A DNA stretch of 40,684 bases from an uncultured Chloroflexota bacterium (GCA_950054395.1 CATLOZ010000003.1:1-40684), one strand, 5' to 3'. Positions 8,053-17,994 are shown, counted from the stretch's first letter. The notes: generated from the letters alone by a model not told the origin. Numbers and translations: made by a program.

Positions 8053-8394
8053 TGAGGTGATCTGTAAGCCGAGTTCTGTAGTGATAAACACTGACGATCA
8101 TCTATCTAGGCTTATTGTTGCCAATAAGCTCAAGCGATCTACCCAAAGTACTTGAATACGGGATAATCCATTTCCTTCTATATGATCTTTCACCAGGTGG
8201 GGTTTACCATGCCTTTATTGTTACCAATAAAGCGGTGAGCTCTTACCTCACCTTTTCACCCTTACTATTATTAATAGCGGTATATTTTCTGTGGCACTTT
8301 CCTTCAAGTCACCTTGACCAGTCGTTAACTGGCACCTTTCCCATTGGAGCTCGGACTTTCCTCTATTAAAAATAGCGATCGTCCAATCACCTCA
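8053..8394 (-). ncRNA. rnpB: RNase P RNA (bacterial type A-like, compact)
   Basis: Minus strand has GAGGAAAGTCCGAGCTC, AGTGCCACAGAAA, GGTAAACCCC and ACAGAACTCGGCTTA; terminal P1 helix TGAGGTGAT/ATCACCTCA. Confidence 0.97.
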
Positions 8395-8477
8395 TCATAT
8401 ATATTATTATAATATATTTTTGGAATAATATGGATTTATAAGTATAATAATAATATATATATAAATAATTGATAATT

Positions 8478-8846
8478 ATGATGAACAAACCATCTGTACA
8501 AAGAGATAATTCTGGAGCTTTAACCATAAAGATATCATCTGATGCAGTTAATCATATTAGAAGCTTTGGGAACCTTGAGGGTAAAAATAAAACTAATTTA
8601 AGGGTTGCAGTGAAAGGTGGAGGGTGTTCTGGATTAACTTATGTTTTAGAATTAGCTGAAAATCCTAGTGATAATGAAAAAGTTATTAGTGAGAATGGGA
8701 TGGAACTTTATGTTGATAAAAAATCATATATTTTTCTTGCTGGAACTACTTTGGAATATCAAGGCGGATTAAATGGTAAGGGCTTTGTTTTTCAAAATCC
8801 AAATGCTAAAACAACCTGCGGTTGTGGTACTTCTTTCTCGGTATAA
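8478..8846 (+). CDS. HesB/IscA-family Fe-S cluster carrier protein
   Basis: VKGGGCSG.Y and NPNAKTTCGCGTSF. ATG 8478 or 8481 more likely than TTG 8469. Confidence 0.95.
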   Translation: MMNKPSVQRDNSGALTIKISSDAVNHIRSFGNLEGKNKTNLRVAVKGGGCSGLTYVLELAENPSDNEKVISENGMELYVDKKSYIFLAGTTLEYQGGLNGKGFVFQNPNAKTTCGCGTSFSV

Positions 8847-8852
8847 TTATTT

Positions 8853-9824
8853 ATGAACTTAGCTGAATTAAATTTAAATGTACGAATATACACTCCTTCT
8901 AAATATAAGTTTATTGCTGTAAAAGGTAAAGATAGTATAGATTTACTAGATAGATTGACTACTAATGATCTGAAAAGTTTAAAATCAATGGAACATGCTT
9001 ATTCTCTGCTAGTGTCTCCAAAAGGCAGAATGATTGAAATGCTAAGTGTATTAAATTTAGAAGGACAAATTATTTTAGGATGTTCTGCAGATTCTTTAAA
9101 TAAAGTTTTAGAGTGGATAGATTTTTATACATTTGGAGAAGAAGTTGAAATTATTCTTGATCAAAAAGATTATCAGTCTAAAATTATGATTATGGGTGAA
9201 AATTCTATTTCATTTATCAATTTTATTTTCGGCATTGATATGTCACTATCTGAAGGAAAATCTATGTTTATTGCTTTAAACAAGCAACATTACGGAAGAA
9301 TTAAGCTTCTAATAGTAAATAAAAATTATTTTGATTTTGGTCATTATGAAATTTATGCTTCGAGAGAAGATGTTGATTATGTCTTGAAATTATTTAAGCA
9401 AAATAGGCATAATTTCAAATTTGTTGATTATTTAAATGATGATAAATTTAATAATTATAGAATTGTAAATAATTTAGCTGGATACCCTACAGAAATTAAT
9501 GAAAATTACAATCCTCTGGAAGCGGGTTTGAAAAAATATATTAACTTTAGTAAAGGATGCTATGTTGGGCAGGAAGTAATAGCTAGATTAGATACGTATT
9601 CTAAAGTTAAAAATAGATTAGTTTTAATTAAAAGTGATACTGAAGTAGATTCAGAATTAATTAATAAAGATAAGCATATTGGAAATATAACATCTTATAC
9701 TTCCCCTGATTTTTATAATGGTGATTATAAATTGGCTTATATAAGAAAAAGTTTTATTAAGGATATTGAGTCTGATTTTAATTTCATCAACAATACAGGT
9801 AGTGAGATAAAAGTTTATATTTAA
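8853..9824 (+). CDS. YgfZ/GcvT-like folate-binding protein (Fe-S cluster maturation)
   Basis: KGCYVGQE signature; directly follows the IscA-like gene. Confidence 0.9.
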   Translation: MNLAELNLNVRIYTPSKYKFIAVKGKDSIDLLDRLTTNDLKSLKSMEHAYSLLVSPKGRMIEMLSVLNLEGQIILGCSADSLNKVLEWIDFYTFGEEVEIILDQKDYQSKIMIMGENSISFINFIFGIDMSLSEGKSMFIALNKQHYGRIKLLIVNKNYFDFGHYEIYASREDVDYVLKLFKQNRHNFKFVDYLNDDKFNNYRIVNNLAGYPTEINENYNPLEAGLKKYINFSKGCYVGQEVIARLDTYSKVKNRLVLIKSDTEVDSELINKDKHIGNITSYTSPDFYNGDYKLAYIRKSFIKDIESDFNFINNTGSEIKVYI

Positions 9825-10579
9825 ATTAGATTATATCCCCCATCTATTATTATAGTTTGCCCTTTAATCATTTCAGATTTTTTACTGCAAAGAAAAATTA
9901 CTAGATTTGCTATATCTGCTTTTGTTAAAGACCTTCCTGAAGGATTATTTAAAGAATCTGATATCATACTTTTTTTATTTGGAAAACTTTTTAAAGCGTC
10001 TGTTTCAACTAATCCTGCTGATATTGCATTTACATTTATCTTTTTCTCTGCAAATTCAACAGCTAAATATTTTGTTATTGCTTCTAATGCTGCTTTTGAT
10101 GTTCCTACTGAAAAATAATATGGTACAACTTTTGTTGAACCTAAACTCGAAATATTAACTATTGAGCCTCCATCTTTCATAAGTTTTGAAGCTGCAATAG
10201 AACAGAGCCAGGGGGCTCTTGCATTTATATTTAATGTCCATTCCCAATGCTTGGTTTCAAGTTCTGAAGCTAATTTTTGCACACCTGAAGCTGCATTGTT
10301 TATTAGATAATCCACTTTTTTATATTTGGAATTAATTTCTTTAAAGAAATCAATTATTTGTTGTTCTTCATTTAAATTACATTTTATGACATCACAATTA
10401 ACTCCATACTTTAATATTTCATCTTTAGTTTCCTTGGCTTCCTTGTGATGTCTTGTGTAATTAAATATTATATTTGAGCCCTGTTCGGCAAATTGTTGAC
10501 AAATTTTTTTTCCAATCCCTCTACTTCCCCCAGTTACGATTGCTATTTTTGCTTTGAACTCATTTGTTTGATTATTCAT
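9821..10579 (-). CDS. fabL: Enoyl-ACP reductase, FabL-like SDR
   Basis: TGGSRGIG, NNAASGV, HWEWT.NINA, YFSVGTSK (Y-x6-K), DALKSFPN, as in Bacillus FabL; lies in a fab cluster. Confidence 0.85.
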   Translation of the reverse strand: MNNQTNEFKAKIAIVTGGSRGIGKKICQQFAEQGSNIIFNYTRHHKEAKETKDEILKYGVNCDVIKCNLNEEQQIIDFFKEINSKYKKVDYLINNAASGVQKLASELETKHWEWTLNINARAPWLCSIAASKLMKDGGSIVNISSLGSTKVVPYYFSVGTSKAALEAITKYLAVEFAEKKINVNAISAGLVETDALKSFPNKKSMISDSLNNPSGRSLTKADIANLVIFLCSKKSEMIKGQTIIIDGGYNLI

Positions 10580-10614
10580 AATATGTTAATCATTGTAGTT
10601 TTATAATTGATAGG

Positions 10615-11364
10615 CTAAATTGCCATTCCTCCATCAACACTGATTACTTGTCCAGTTATATATTTTGCTTTTTCAGAACATAAAAAACTTGCAAGGTAAG
10701 CTATATCTTCTACTTCTCCAAAGTGTCCTTGAGGTATCCATTGCATTATAGTATCTTTTTGTTCTTGTTTTAAAACATCAACAGTTTCAGTGTTTATATA
10801 TCCAGGAGTTATTGTATTTACTGTAATATTTCTGGTTGCAACTTCTTTAGCTAAAGATTTTGTAAATCCCATCATTCCAGCTTTGGAAGAAGCATAATTT
10901 ACCTGACCTATGTTACCTCGGATACCTACAACTGAACCTATATTTAATATTCTTCCCCATTTCCTTTTCAACATAGATTTTATTGCAGGTTTTGAACAAT
11001 AAAAAATACTGTCTAAATTAGTCCTTAAAACCCTGTCCCAAGCTTCATCTGACATTCTGATTAATAGATTGTCATCAATTATTCCTGCATTGTTCACTAA
11101 TATATCCAAGTTCCCAAAAGTTGCAATAGATTCTTGGACTATAAGACTGCAATCATCTTTGTTACTAACATCCCCTTTCAATATTATTGATTTAACATTG
11201 TATTCATTAATTAATTCGTTGGAGATTTCCTCAGCTTCTTTTTTAGATTTATTATAATTTATAGCTACATTGACTCCTTGTTTGGCTAATTCAATAGAAA
11301 TAGCTCTTCCTATACCTTTTGATGCCCCAGTAATTAAAGCATTTTTATTTTTTGTATTATTCAT
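10615..11364 (-). CDS. fabG: 3-oxoacyl-ACP reductase
   Basis: TGASKGIG, NNAGI..D.L..RM, GQVNYASSK, ITGQVISVDGGM. Confidence 0.95.
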   Translation of the reverse strand: MNNTKNKNALITGASKGIGRAISIELAKQGVNVAINYNKSKKEAEEISNELINEYNVKSIILKGDVSNKDDCSLIVQESIATFGNLDILVNNAGIIDDNLLIRMSDEAWDRVLRTNLDSIFYCSKPAIKSMLKRKWGRILNIGSVVGIRGNIGQVNYASSKAGMMGFTKSLAKEVATRNITVNTITPGYINTETVDVLKQEQKDTIMQWIPQGHFGEVEDIAYLASFLCSEKAKYITGQVISVDGGMAI

Positions 11365-12394
11365 TATTATTATTTATTTTGTAATTTTTCAATTCTTTAT
11401 TCATTTCATTTATTAAATCATTTTCTATCCAGATAATAATACTTTTTATAGCATTGATTATAGTTTTATGTGTGGCTTTTCCGTGACCTAATGCAGCAAT
11501 GCCATTTACTCCAAATAGAGGGGCAGCACCATATGTTTCTCCAACATTGAATAAATTTAAGGCTTTTGTAGATATTACATTCAGTAAATCTTCAGAAATT
11601 TTATTTTGCAATTCCTCATATAGAAAATGTTCAATTAAATCTCCAGAGGATTCTAAGGTTTTTAATAATATATTCCCTACAAAGCCATCACAAACAACCA
11701 CTTCAGCTTTATTATGGAATAAGTCTTGAGGTTCAATATTTCCTATGAAATTAAGATTTGTATTTTTAAGTAAATCATAAGTATCTCTTATTAATTTATT
11801 ACCTTTACCTTCTTCTGAACCTACATTTAATATCCCTATTCTTGGATTGCTGATATTGAATGTTAGTTTTGCATATACAGTTCCAAGTACAGCAAAAGTA
11901 ACTAATTGAGATGGTTTGCAATCTATATTTGCTCCGATATCAAGTACAAGTGTATTGGGGGAATTCCCAATTATTGGGCCACCTACTGTAGGTCTTTCTA
12001 TCCCTTTAATGATACCCATTTTAAGGGCACATGCAGCCATTGAAGCACCAGTTGAACCCATAGAGATTAATCCATCAGCTTGACCATTTTTAACCAAATA
12101 AGCACTTATAACTATAGATGCTTTAGGGTTTTTCTTTAATGCTATAACTGGTTGATCTCCATCTTTGATGACCCCTTCTGAAGGTATTATTGTGATTCTA
12201 TTAGTTTCTATAGATTCTAATGCTTCTGGGCCTAGTTGACTTAATGAATTTTTTATTTGTATTTCGTCTCCTACAAGTAAAATATTAATCTTATTGTTAT
12301 TTTGTATGGATAATACAGCACCTTTGATGATTTCAAATGGTGCATTGTCTCCTCCCATTGCATCAATTGCTAAATTTATGGTTTTATCTACCAA
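11357..12394 (-). CDS. plsX: Phosphate acyltransferase PlsX
   Basis: AIDAMGGDNAP, LDIGAN, LNVGSEEGKG, VVCDGFVGNILLK. Confidence 0.96.
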   Translation of the reverse strand: MVDKTINLAIDAMGGDNAPFEIIKGAVLSIQNNNKINILLVGDEIQIKNSLSQLGPEALESIETNRITIIPSEGVIKDGDQPVIALKKNPKASIVISAYLVKNGQADGLISMGSTGASMAACALKMGIIKGIERPTVGGPIIGNSPNTLVLDIGANIDCKPSQLVTFAVLGTVYAKLTFNISNPRIGILNVGSEEGKGNKLIRDTYDLLKNTNLNFIGNIEPQDLFHNKAEVVVCDGFVGNILLKTLESSGDLIEHFLYEELQNKISEDLLNVISTKALNLFNVGETYGAAPLFGVNGIAALGHGKATHKTIINAIKSIIIWIENDLINEMNKELKNYKINNNNE

Positions 12395-12439
12395 GATTAT
12401 TTCCTTATTTTTAATATAAGTATTTTTACGAATGATATA

Positions 12440-12832
12440 TCAAAATTCGATTATAGCGAAGCCCTTTATGGCCTCTGTTCCATTACTTTTCTGAACTACC
12501 AAATCAATTTTCAATTTATTATCTTCATTTTTAATCACTTCGCCATATGTGGTTATTTCTTCATTCATATAAACAGGTGCTTTGAATTTTATGTCTATTG
12601 AACTCTTTGATAGCCATAAATCACCATATTCAGCAAATAACATTTCAGATAGAATTCCGCCTATCATCATCCCGTGAGCAATAGTGTTTTCAAATATACT
12701 TTTCTTAGCAAATGATTCATCTAAATGTATAGGATTTAAATCTCCGCTGGCTTTGGCATAATTATTAACATTTGATTGTATTATTTTATTTTTTATGGAT
12801 TTTAATTTATATCCGCATGAAAATTTATTCAT
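12440..12832 (-). CDS. MaoC-like (R)-specific hydratase/dehydratase, catalytic hot-dog subunit
   Basis: Hydratase-2 motif YAKASGDLNPIHLD, IAHGM, KFKAPV. Confidence 0.9.
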   Translation of the reverse strand: MNKFSCGYKLKSIKNKIIQSNVNNYAKASGDLNPIHLDESFAKKSIFENTIAHGMMIGGILSEMLFAEYGDLWLSKSSIDIKFKAPVYMNEEITTYGEVIKNEDNKLKIDLVVQKSNGTEAIKGFAIIEF

Positions 12833-13221
12833 CTTTCTTTTTGTACTAATAAATTTGCTATTGATTCACAATAACTATTTTTGTTCTGATCATAAATATT
12901 GATTTTCAGTGTTAAAATTCGATTTCCGCCTCTTATGGTATTTTTAGTTATTTTAGCTATTGTATGGATTTTGGAATTTTGTAATATAGGCATAGAATTA
13001 GTTGTTTTTTGAGAAAGATGTATTGTCCCTTCAGGTAATTCAAATAATTTGAATATTTCCCCAAAAATTATTGCAGTTGGAAATAATTTGGGTGCAAATT
13101 GTGTTTTTAGACTAGTATTATTATGGCTCATACTTTTCATGTAATTATTTAATATGTTTTTGCTTAGAAATATTTCAGAGTCAAGTAATATTTCGTCAGG
13201 TTGTAGAAGACTTAATTTCAT
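12829..13221 (-). CDS. Hot-dog-fold protein lacking the hydratase motif (MaoC N-terminal/HadA-like)
   Basis: 130 aa with LPEGTIHLSQ followed by a P-x-x-x-x-x-beta-strand pattern typical of MaoC-like N-terminal halves; 4-bp overlap with the MaoC gene. Confidence 0.6.
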   Translation of the reverse strand: MKLSLLQPDEILLDSEIFLSKNILNNYMKSMSHNNTSLKTQFAPKLFPTAIIFGEIFKLFELPEGTIHLSQKTTNSMPILQNSKIHTIAKITKNTIRGGNRILTLKINIYDQNKNSYCESIANLLVQKER

Positions 13222-13279
13222 TTAAATGATTTAATATTTGTAAATTTAAATTATATATTATCTTAATTTCAGGTAACAA

Positions 13280-13675
13280 ATGTACTATAACGTAGCTAGT
13301 TTAAACAATGAAAAGATAGGAAGTAATCGTGAATGGTTAATAGAATCAGTTAATTTAAAATATTCTGATTTAGGTTTAGTGAAAATTAAATCTGGAAATT
13401 TTAATTTAATTAAAATCGATAAAGGTGTTTGGATAGAGGGATCATTGAAAATAGTTATAAATATGGATTGTATAAGATGTTTAAGTCAATTAGATGTTTG
13501 TATGGATATTAATATAGATGAAGAATATAGATATGATTATTTTATGGATGATACAGTTGACGATAATTTCATCATAGATGATTCTAATCATTTAAGCTTA
13601 AAAGAGTGCTTGAGAGAATATATTTTTGTTACGTCTCCCATGAAACCTGTTTGTAATAAAATATGTAAATTATGA
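13280..13675 (+). CDS. DUF177/YceD-family protein
   Basis: CIRCL and PMKPVC...C motifs; conserved position upstream of rpmF. Confidence 0.88.
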   Translation: MYYNVASLNNEKIGSNREWLIESVNLKYSDLGLVKIKSGNFNLIKIDKGVWIEGSLKIVINMDCIRCLSQLDVCMDINIDEEYRYDYFMDDTVDDNFIIDDSNHLSLKECLREYIFVTSPMKPVCNKICKL

Positions 13676-13733
13676 TTTGATAAATAGTTTGTTAAACTTG
13701 TTATTTAATGTAATATGTATTTTGGATTTAAAT

Positions 13734-13919
13734 ATGTCACCAGTACCTAAGAAAAAAACATCCCGAAAAAGAAAAAAAGACAGAGCTTCTCATTTTGGTA
13801 TTAAAAATGTACCATTGACAAAATGTAAGGAACCTAGCTGTGGGGCTTATATAGTGCCACATGCTGTTTGTCCTGAATGTGGGATGTATAAAGAAAGACA
13901 AGTATTAGATATTAAGTAA
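13734..13919 (+). CDS. rpmF: 50S ribosomal protein L32
   Basis: MSPVPKKKTSRKRK...C....C...PHAVCPECGMYK. Start set at ATG 13734 rather than the track's 13677. Confidence 0.95.
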   Translation: MSPVPKKKTSRKRKKDRASHFGIKNVPLTKCKEPSCGAYIVPHAVCPECGMYKERQVLDIK

Positions 13920-13923
13920 TATT

Positions 13924-14871
13924 ATGACAAACATTACGCAATCAAATAAATATGATTCCGGAATATCTTTTGTTTTCCCTGGACAAGGGAGTCAAAAAGT
14001 AGGAATGGGAAAAGATTTACTTGAATTTAAAACTTCAAAAGATATTTTTGATAGAGTAGATAATGCATTGGGTCGAAAATTAAGTTCAATTATATTTGAT
14101 GGGCCTGATGATAATTTGATGCAAACCTATAACGCACAACCAGCAATAATGACAGTTAGTATTGCTTGTTATGAAGCTATGAAAGAAAGATGTTCTAATG
14201 ATTTTCCAAGTCCTAAATATGTTGCCGGTCATAGTTTGGGAGAATATACATCTTTATATGTCTCAGGAGTTTTAGATCTTGAGGAAACTGCAAAATTAGT
14301 TTCTTTAAGAGGAAAACTTATGCAGGAAGCATGTGAAAAAAATCCAGGTACAATGGCTGCTATTATTGGGTTAGATGAGCAATCAGTATATGAGATAAGT
14401 AGACAAACCGGAACATATGTTTCTAATATTAATACTGATAGTCAAACAGTAATTAGTGGTAATAAAAGTGCAGTAGCTTCAGCAGTAGATTTAGCTACAT
14501 CGAGAGGTGCTAAGAGAGCGATCCCTCTAAAAGTTGCGGGAGCATTCCATTCTGATTTGATGAAACCAGCAGCTGAAGAATTGAAAAACTATATGAATGA
14601 TTTGGATTTTAAAGATCCTTTAATTCCAATTGTTGCAAATTGCACAGCTACTCCATTGACATCCGTTAGTGAAATAAAAGAAGAATTGATAAATCAAATA
14701 TGTAACTGTGTGGATTGGAATAGAAGTGTGAAATTTATGATAAACTCTGGTGTCAATTCTTTTGTAGAATTTGGTTATGGAGGAGTTTTAGGTAATATGA
14801 TTAAAAGAATTAGTTCTGAATCTGCAATAATATCTATTGATACAACAGAATCAATGAATTGTAATATTTAA
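13924..14871 (+). CDS. fabD: Malonyl-CoA:ACP transacylase
   Basis: VFPGQGSQ, AQPAI, GHSLGEY, GAFHS. Confidence 0.97.
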   Translation: MTNITQSNKYDSGISFVFPGQGSQKVGMGKDLLEFKTSKDIFDRVDNALGRKLSSIIFDGPDDNLMQTYNAQPAIMTVSIACYEAMKERCSNDFPSPKYVAGHSLGEYTSLYVSGVLDLEETAKLVSLRGKLMQEACEKNPGTMAAIIGLDEQSVYEISRQTGTYVSNINTDSQTVISGNKSAVASAVDLATSRGAKRAIPLKVAGAFHSDLMKPAAEELKNYMNDLDFKDPLIPIVANCTATPLTSVSEIKEELINQICNCVDWNRSVKFMINSGVNSFVEFGYGGVLGNMIKRISSESAIISIDTTESMNCNI

Positions 14872-14875
14872 ATTT

Positions 14876-15346
14876 ATGATTCAAAGAAAACATTTCCCTT
14901 ATAATCGTAGTTATTCAAGAATTTTAGCTTTGCAATATCTATATAGAGAAGAATTTTTGACATCTAATGATAAATTAAAAATCAACTTGGAACAGGCTAC
15001 AATTATCTTAGATGAACTAAAAATTGATGGATTTAAAAGTGATATCTCAAATTACAATGATTTAGATATTAAATATGCAAATGAGATTTTAACCGGCGTT
15101 CAAGCGGAAAAAAATGAAATTGATTCGTTAATTCAGCATTATGCTCCTTCTTTTCCATTGAAACAAGTAGCAATAATTGATAAAAATATTTTAAGAATAT
15201 GTATTTATGAAATAAAATTTAATGAATTAAATCCTAGCATTGCAATGGATGAAGCTATAGAAATAGCTAAAGTTTTTGGATCTGATAAATCTGGTGCGTT
15301 TATTAATGGGGTAATTGATTCATTTGTACAAAATGATAAGATATAA
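14876..15346 (+). CDS. nusB: Transcription antitermination factor NusB
   Basis: R..ALQ.LY, IDKNILR, DEAIEIAKVFG, FINGVID. Confidence 0.94.
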   Translation: MIQRKHFPYNRSYSRILALQYLYREEFLTSNDKLKINLEQATIILDELKIDGFKSDISNYNDLDIKYANEILTGVQAEKNEIDSLIQHYAPSFPLKQVAIIDKNILRICIYEIKFNELNPSIAMDEAIEIAKVFGSDKSGAFINGVIDSFVQNDKI

Positions 15347-15367
15347 ATAGTATTATAAGGAGTGAAT

Positions 15368-15619
15368 ATGAGTTTAGAAGATAAAGTAAAAAATATAGTT
15401 GCTGATAAATTAGGAGTTGAAGAAGATAAAGTTGTTCTTTCAGCTTCTTTTATGAATGATTTGGATGCAGATTCCCTGGATTTAGTAGAATTAATAATGG
15501 CTTTTGAAGAAGAATTTAGTACAGATGACTCGCCAGTTGAAATTTCAGATGAGGACGCAGAGAATATTACGACAGTTCAAAAAGCTTTAGATTTTTTAAC
15601 TAAGAAAGGTATATCTTGA
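15368..15619 (+). CDS. acpP: Acyl carrier protein
   Basis: [20 protein letters not shown] phosphopantetheine site; AAGGAG ribosome-binding site before ATG 15368. Confidence 0.97.
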   Translation: MSLEDKVKNIVADKLGVEEDKVVLSASFMNDLDADSLDLVELIMAFEEEFSTDDSPVEISDEDAENITTVQKALDFLTKKGIS

Positions 15620-15719
15620 AAAATTATATTTTTTATTAATATAATTAACCTTTGAATAAATGGTAATTTCAGATTAAATTCTCTATCATTCATACATAAA
15701 TCAAAGAACTTAAGATGTT

Positions 15720-17969
15720 ATGGATGTAATAAAGAATTTTATAGAATCAGCAAATAATCTTTTAGGATTAAGTATTCCTATTATATTGTTTATTTATTGC
15801 TTAAACTTTTTCTTGTTTTACATTCTAGGTTTAAATAAACTTTATTTGAAATTAAATGTAGTAGTTATTCTTATTTCTATTTTTATTATATTTCTGTTTG
15901 GAAATATAAGATCAGATTTAGCTGTTATTAATACTTTTATATCAACAAATGATGGTTCTCTGGGAGGAAGCATAGGTCAGAGCATGCAAATTTATTCCAG
16001 ATCAATTTTTTATACAACTATATTTTTATTTATCTTATCCATTCCTGCTTGTGTATTCCCTTTTAAAACAATGAAATTGTTATACAATTTACTTAGTATG
16101 TCATCTTTGGTTATTTTGATTGGTGTAAAATTATTTATTCGATTTTTTATTTCAATAATTTCTAAAACTAAATTTGTTTCTAATGAAACATTGCCCAAAA
16201 CAATTTTGTTGGATTCTCAATCAGAGCCAGTAGATTATATAGATAAAAGCGATGAACGAAGTACTGTGAAATTATCTGAAAATCTTATTGCTGTGGAACA
16301 TAATGAAATTTATTCGAAAAATAAACAAGAATCTAATCCTCTCTGGATAAATAATGAAACTAAGATTGATGATTATACTAAAATAAAAGATCGGCAAAAT
16401 AGTACTAGTTATTTTGATTCCAATTCTAAAAATGAACCTGTTAAACAATTATCTGAAAATACAAAATCTTATAATTTACCATCTATAGATTTATTAGATG
16501 ATTTAAAAGAAATTTCGATTTCAGAATCTGAAATTCATGCTACTGCACAAAAAATCCAGAACACTTTACACCAATATGATGTTGATGTTGAAATTGGGCA
16601 AGTTCGACCTGGTCCAGTTGTTACTTTATATGGTTTGAAACCTGGTTGGATTACCAAAATAAAAAAAGAGAAGCAGTTTGATTCTGATGGAAATGTTATG
16701 ACTGATGAAAATGGGCGGCAGATTATGAAAGAAGTTGAATCAAAAAACAGGGTAAGAGTAGATTCTATTATATCCAGAGAAAAAGATTTATCACTTGCTT
16801 TAAAAACTCCTTCAATAAGAATTGAAACCCCCGTTTTAGGGGAATCTCTTGTTGGTATTGAAGTGCCTAATCCTAACCCGGGGTTAATTGGAATTAAATC
16901 TCTTATAAAAGATTCTTCATTTAAAAATTTATTATTACAAAAAGATTCTTTACCAATTGCTTTAGGCAAAGGATCAGGCGGGGATAACATTACAATAGAT
17001 TTAACAAAAATGCCACATTTGTTAATTGCCGGAGCTACTGGTAGCGGGAAAAGTGTATGTATTAATGCTGTTGTGTCAAGTTTAATTTATAGCAGATCAC
17101 CAGATCAATTAAGATTATTGCTAGTTGACCCTAAAAGAGTAGAATTGACTCAATATAATGGAATACCTCATATGGTGACTCCTGTAATTGTAGAATTAGA
17201 TGCTGTTGCAAAAGTTTTCAGAGGAATAATTAATGAGATGTTTAAACGATATAAATTATTAGAATCTCATTCTGTCAGAAATATATCTGAATTAAATAAA
17301 AAATTTAGTAATGCTTTGCCATATTTAGTTATAGTTATTGATGAATTGGCTGATTTGATGATGACTAGCGGGATTGAGATTGAAAGATCTATATGCAGGT
17401 TGGCTCAATTAGGAAGAGCAACAGGTATACATTTGGTAATAGCAACTCAGAGGCCTTCTGTAGATGTTGTGACTGGATTAATTAAATCTAATTTTCCTAG
17501 TAGGGTAAGTTTTAGTGTTAGCTCAAGTATTGACTCAAGAACTATACTTGATACAACTGGAGCAGAAAAATTATTAGGAAAAGGTGACATGCTATACCTC
17601 CCAATTGATGCTACCTTACCATTCAGATTGCAAGGATGTTTTATTAATGATAGTGAAATATCTAAATTAGTTAATTTTTGGAGAAATAATTCTTTTATGA
17701 ATTCTCAATATGAAATCAATGTTTTTGATGACTTAAATCAAATTAATGAATCAACAAGCAGTGATGATTCAGATTCAAATAAAGATAGCTTGTATAACGA
17801 TGCTGTAGGATTAGCTAAATCAACTAAAAAGTTATCGATTTCTTTCCTTCAGAGAAAGCTTAGAATAGGTTATCCTAGAGCTGCCAGATTAATGGATGAA
17901 TTGGAAGAAGAAGGAATAGTAGGACCAATGCAGAATTCTATTAAAGCAAGAGATGTTATAATCAATTAA
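15720..17969 (+). CDS. ftsK: DNA translocase FtsK/SpoIIIE
   Basis: N-terminal TM segments, PHLLIAGATGSGKS, VIDELADLM, ATQRPSVDV, gamma domain LQRKLRIGYPRAARL. Confidence 0.97.
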   Translation: MDVIKNFIESANNLLGLSIPIILFIYCLNFFLFYILGLNKLYLKLNVVVILISIFIIFLFGNIRSDLAVINTFISTNDGSLGGSIGQSMQIYSRSIFYTTIFLFILSIPACVFPFKTMKLLYNLLSMSSLVILIGVKLFIRFFISIISKTKFVSNETLPKTILLDSQSEPVDYIDKSDERSTVKLSENLIAVEHNEIYSKNKQESNPLWINNETKIDDYTKIKDRQNSTSYFDSNSKNEPVKQLSENTKSYNLPSIDLLDDLKEISISESEIHATAQKIQNTLHQYDVDVEIGQVRPGPVVTLYGLKPGWITKIKKEKQFDSDGNVMTDENGRQIMKEVESKNRVRVDSIISREKDLSLALKTPSIRIETPVLGESLVGIEVPNPNPGLIGIKSLIKDSSFKNLLLQKDSLPIALGKGSGGDNITIDLTKMPHLLIAGATGSGKSVCINAVVSSLIYSRSPDQLRLLLVDPKRVELTQYNGIPHMVTPVIVELDAVAKVFRGIINEMFKRYKLLESHSVRNISELNKKFSNALPYLVIVIDELADLMMTSGIEIERSICRLAQLGRATGIHLVIATQRPSVDVVTGLIKSNFPSRVSFSVSSSIDSRTILDTTGAEKLLGKGDMLYLPIDATLPFRLQGCFINDSEISKLVNFWRNNSFMNSQYEINVFDDLNQINESTSSDDSDSNKDSLYNDAVGLAKSTKKLSISFLQRKLRIGYPRAARLMDELEEEGIVGPMQNSIKARDVIIN

Positions 17970-17994
17970 AATACATCAACAGATTGGCTGAAAT

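Noticed and set aside
8115-8369. 84-aa plus-strand ORF
   Set aside because: Antisense shadow of RNase P RNA.
13677-13733. N-terminal extension of L32 in the ORF track
   Set aside because: L32 homology begins at ATG 13734; the upstream part looks like AT-rich spacer.
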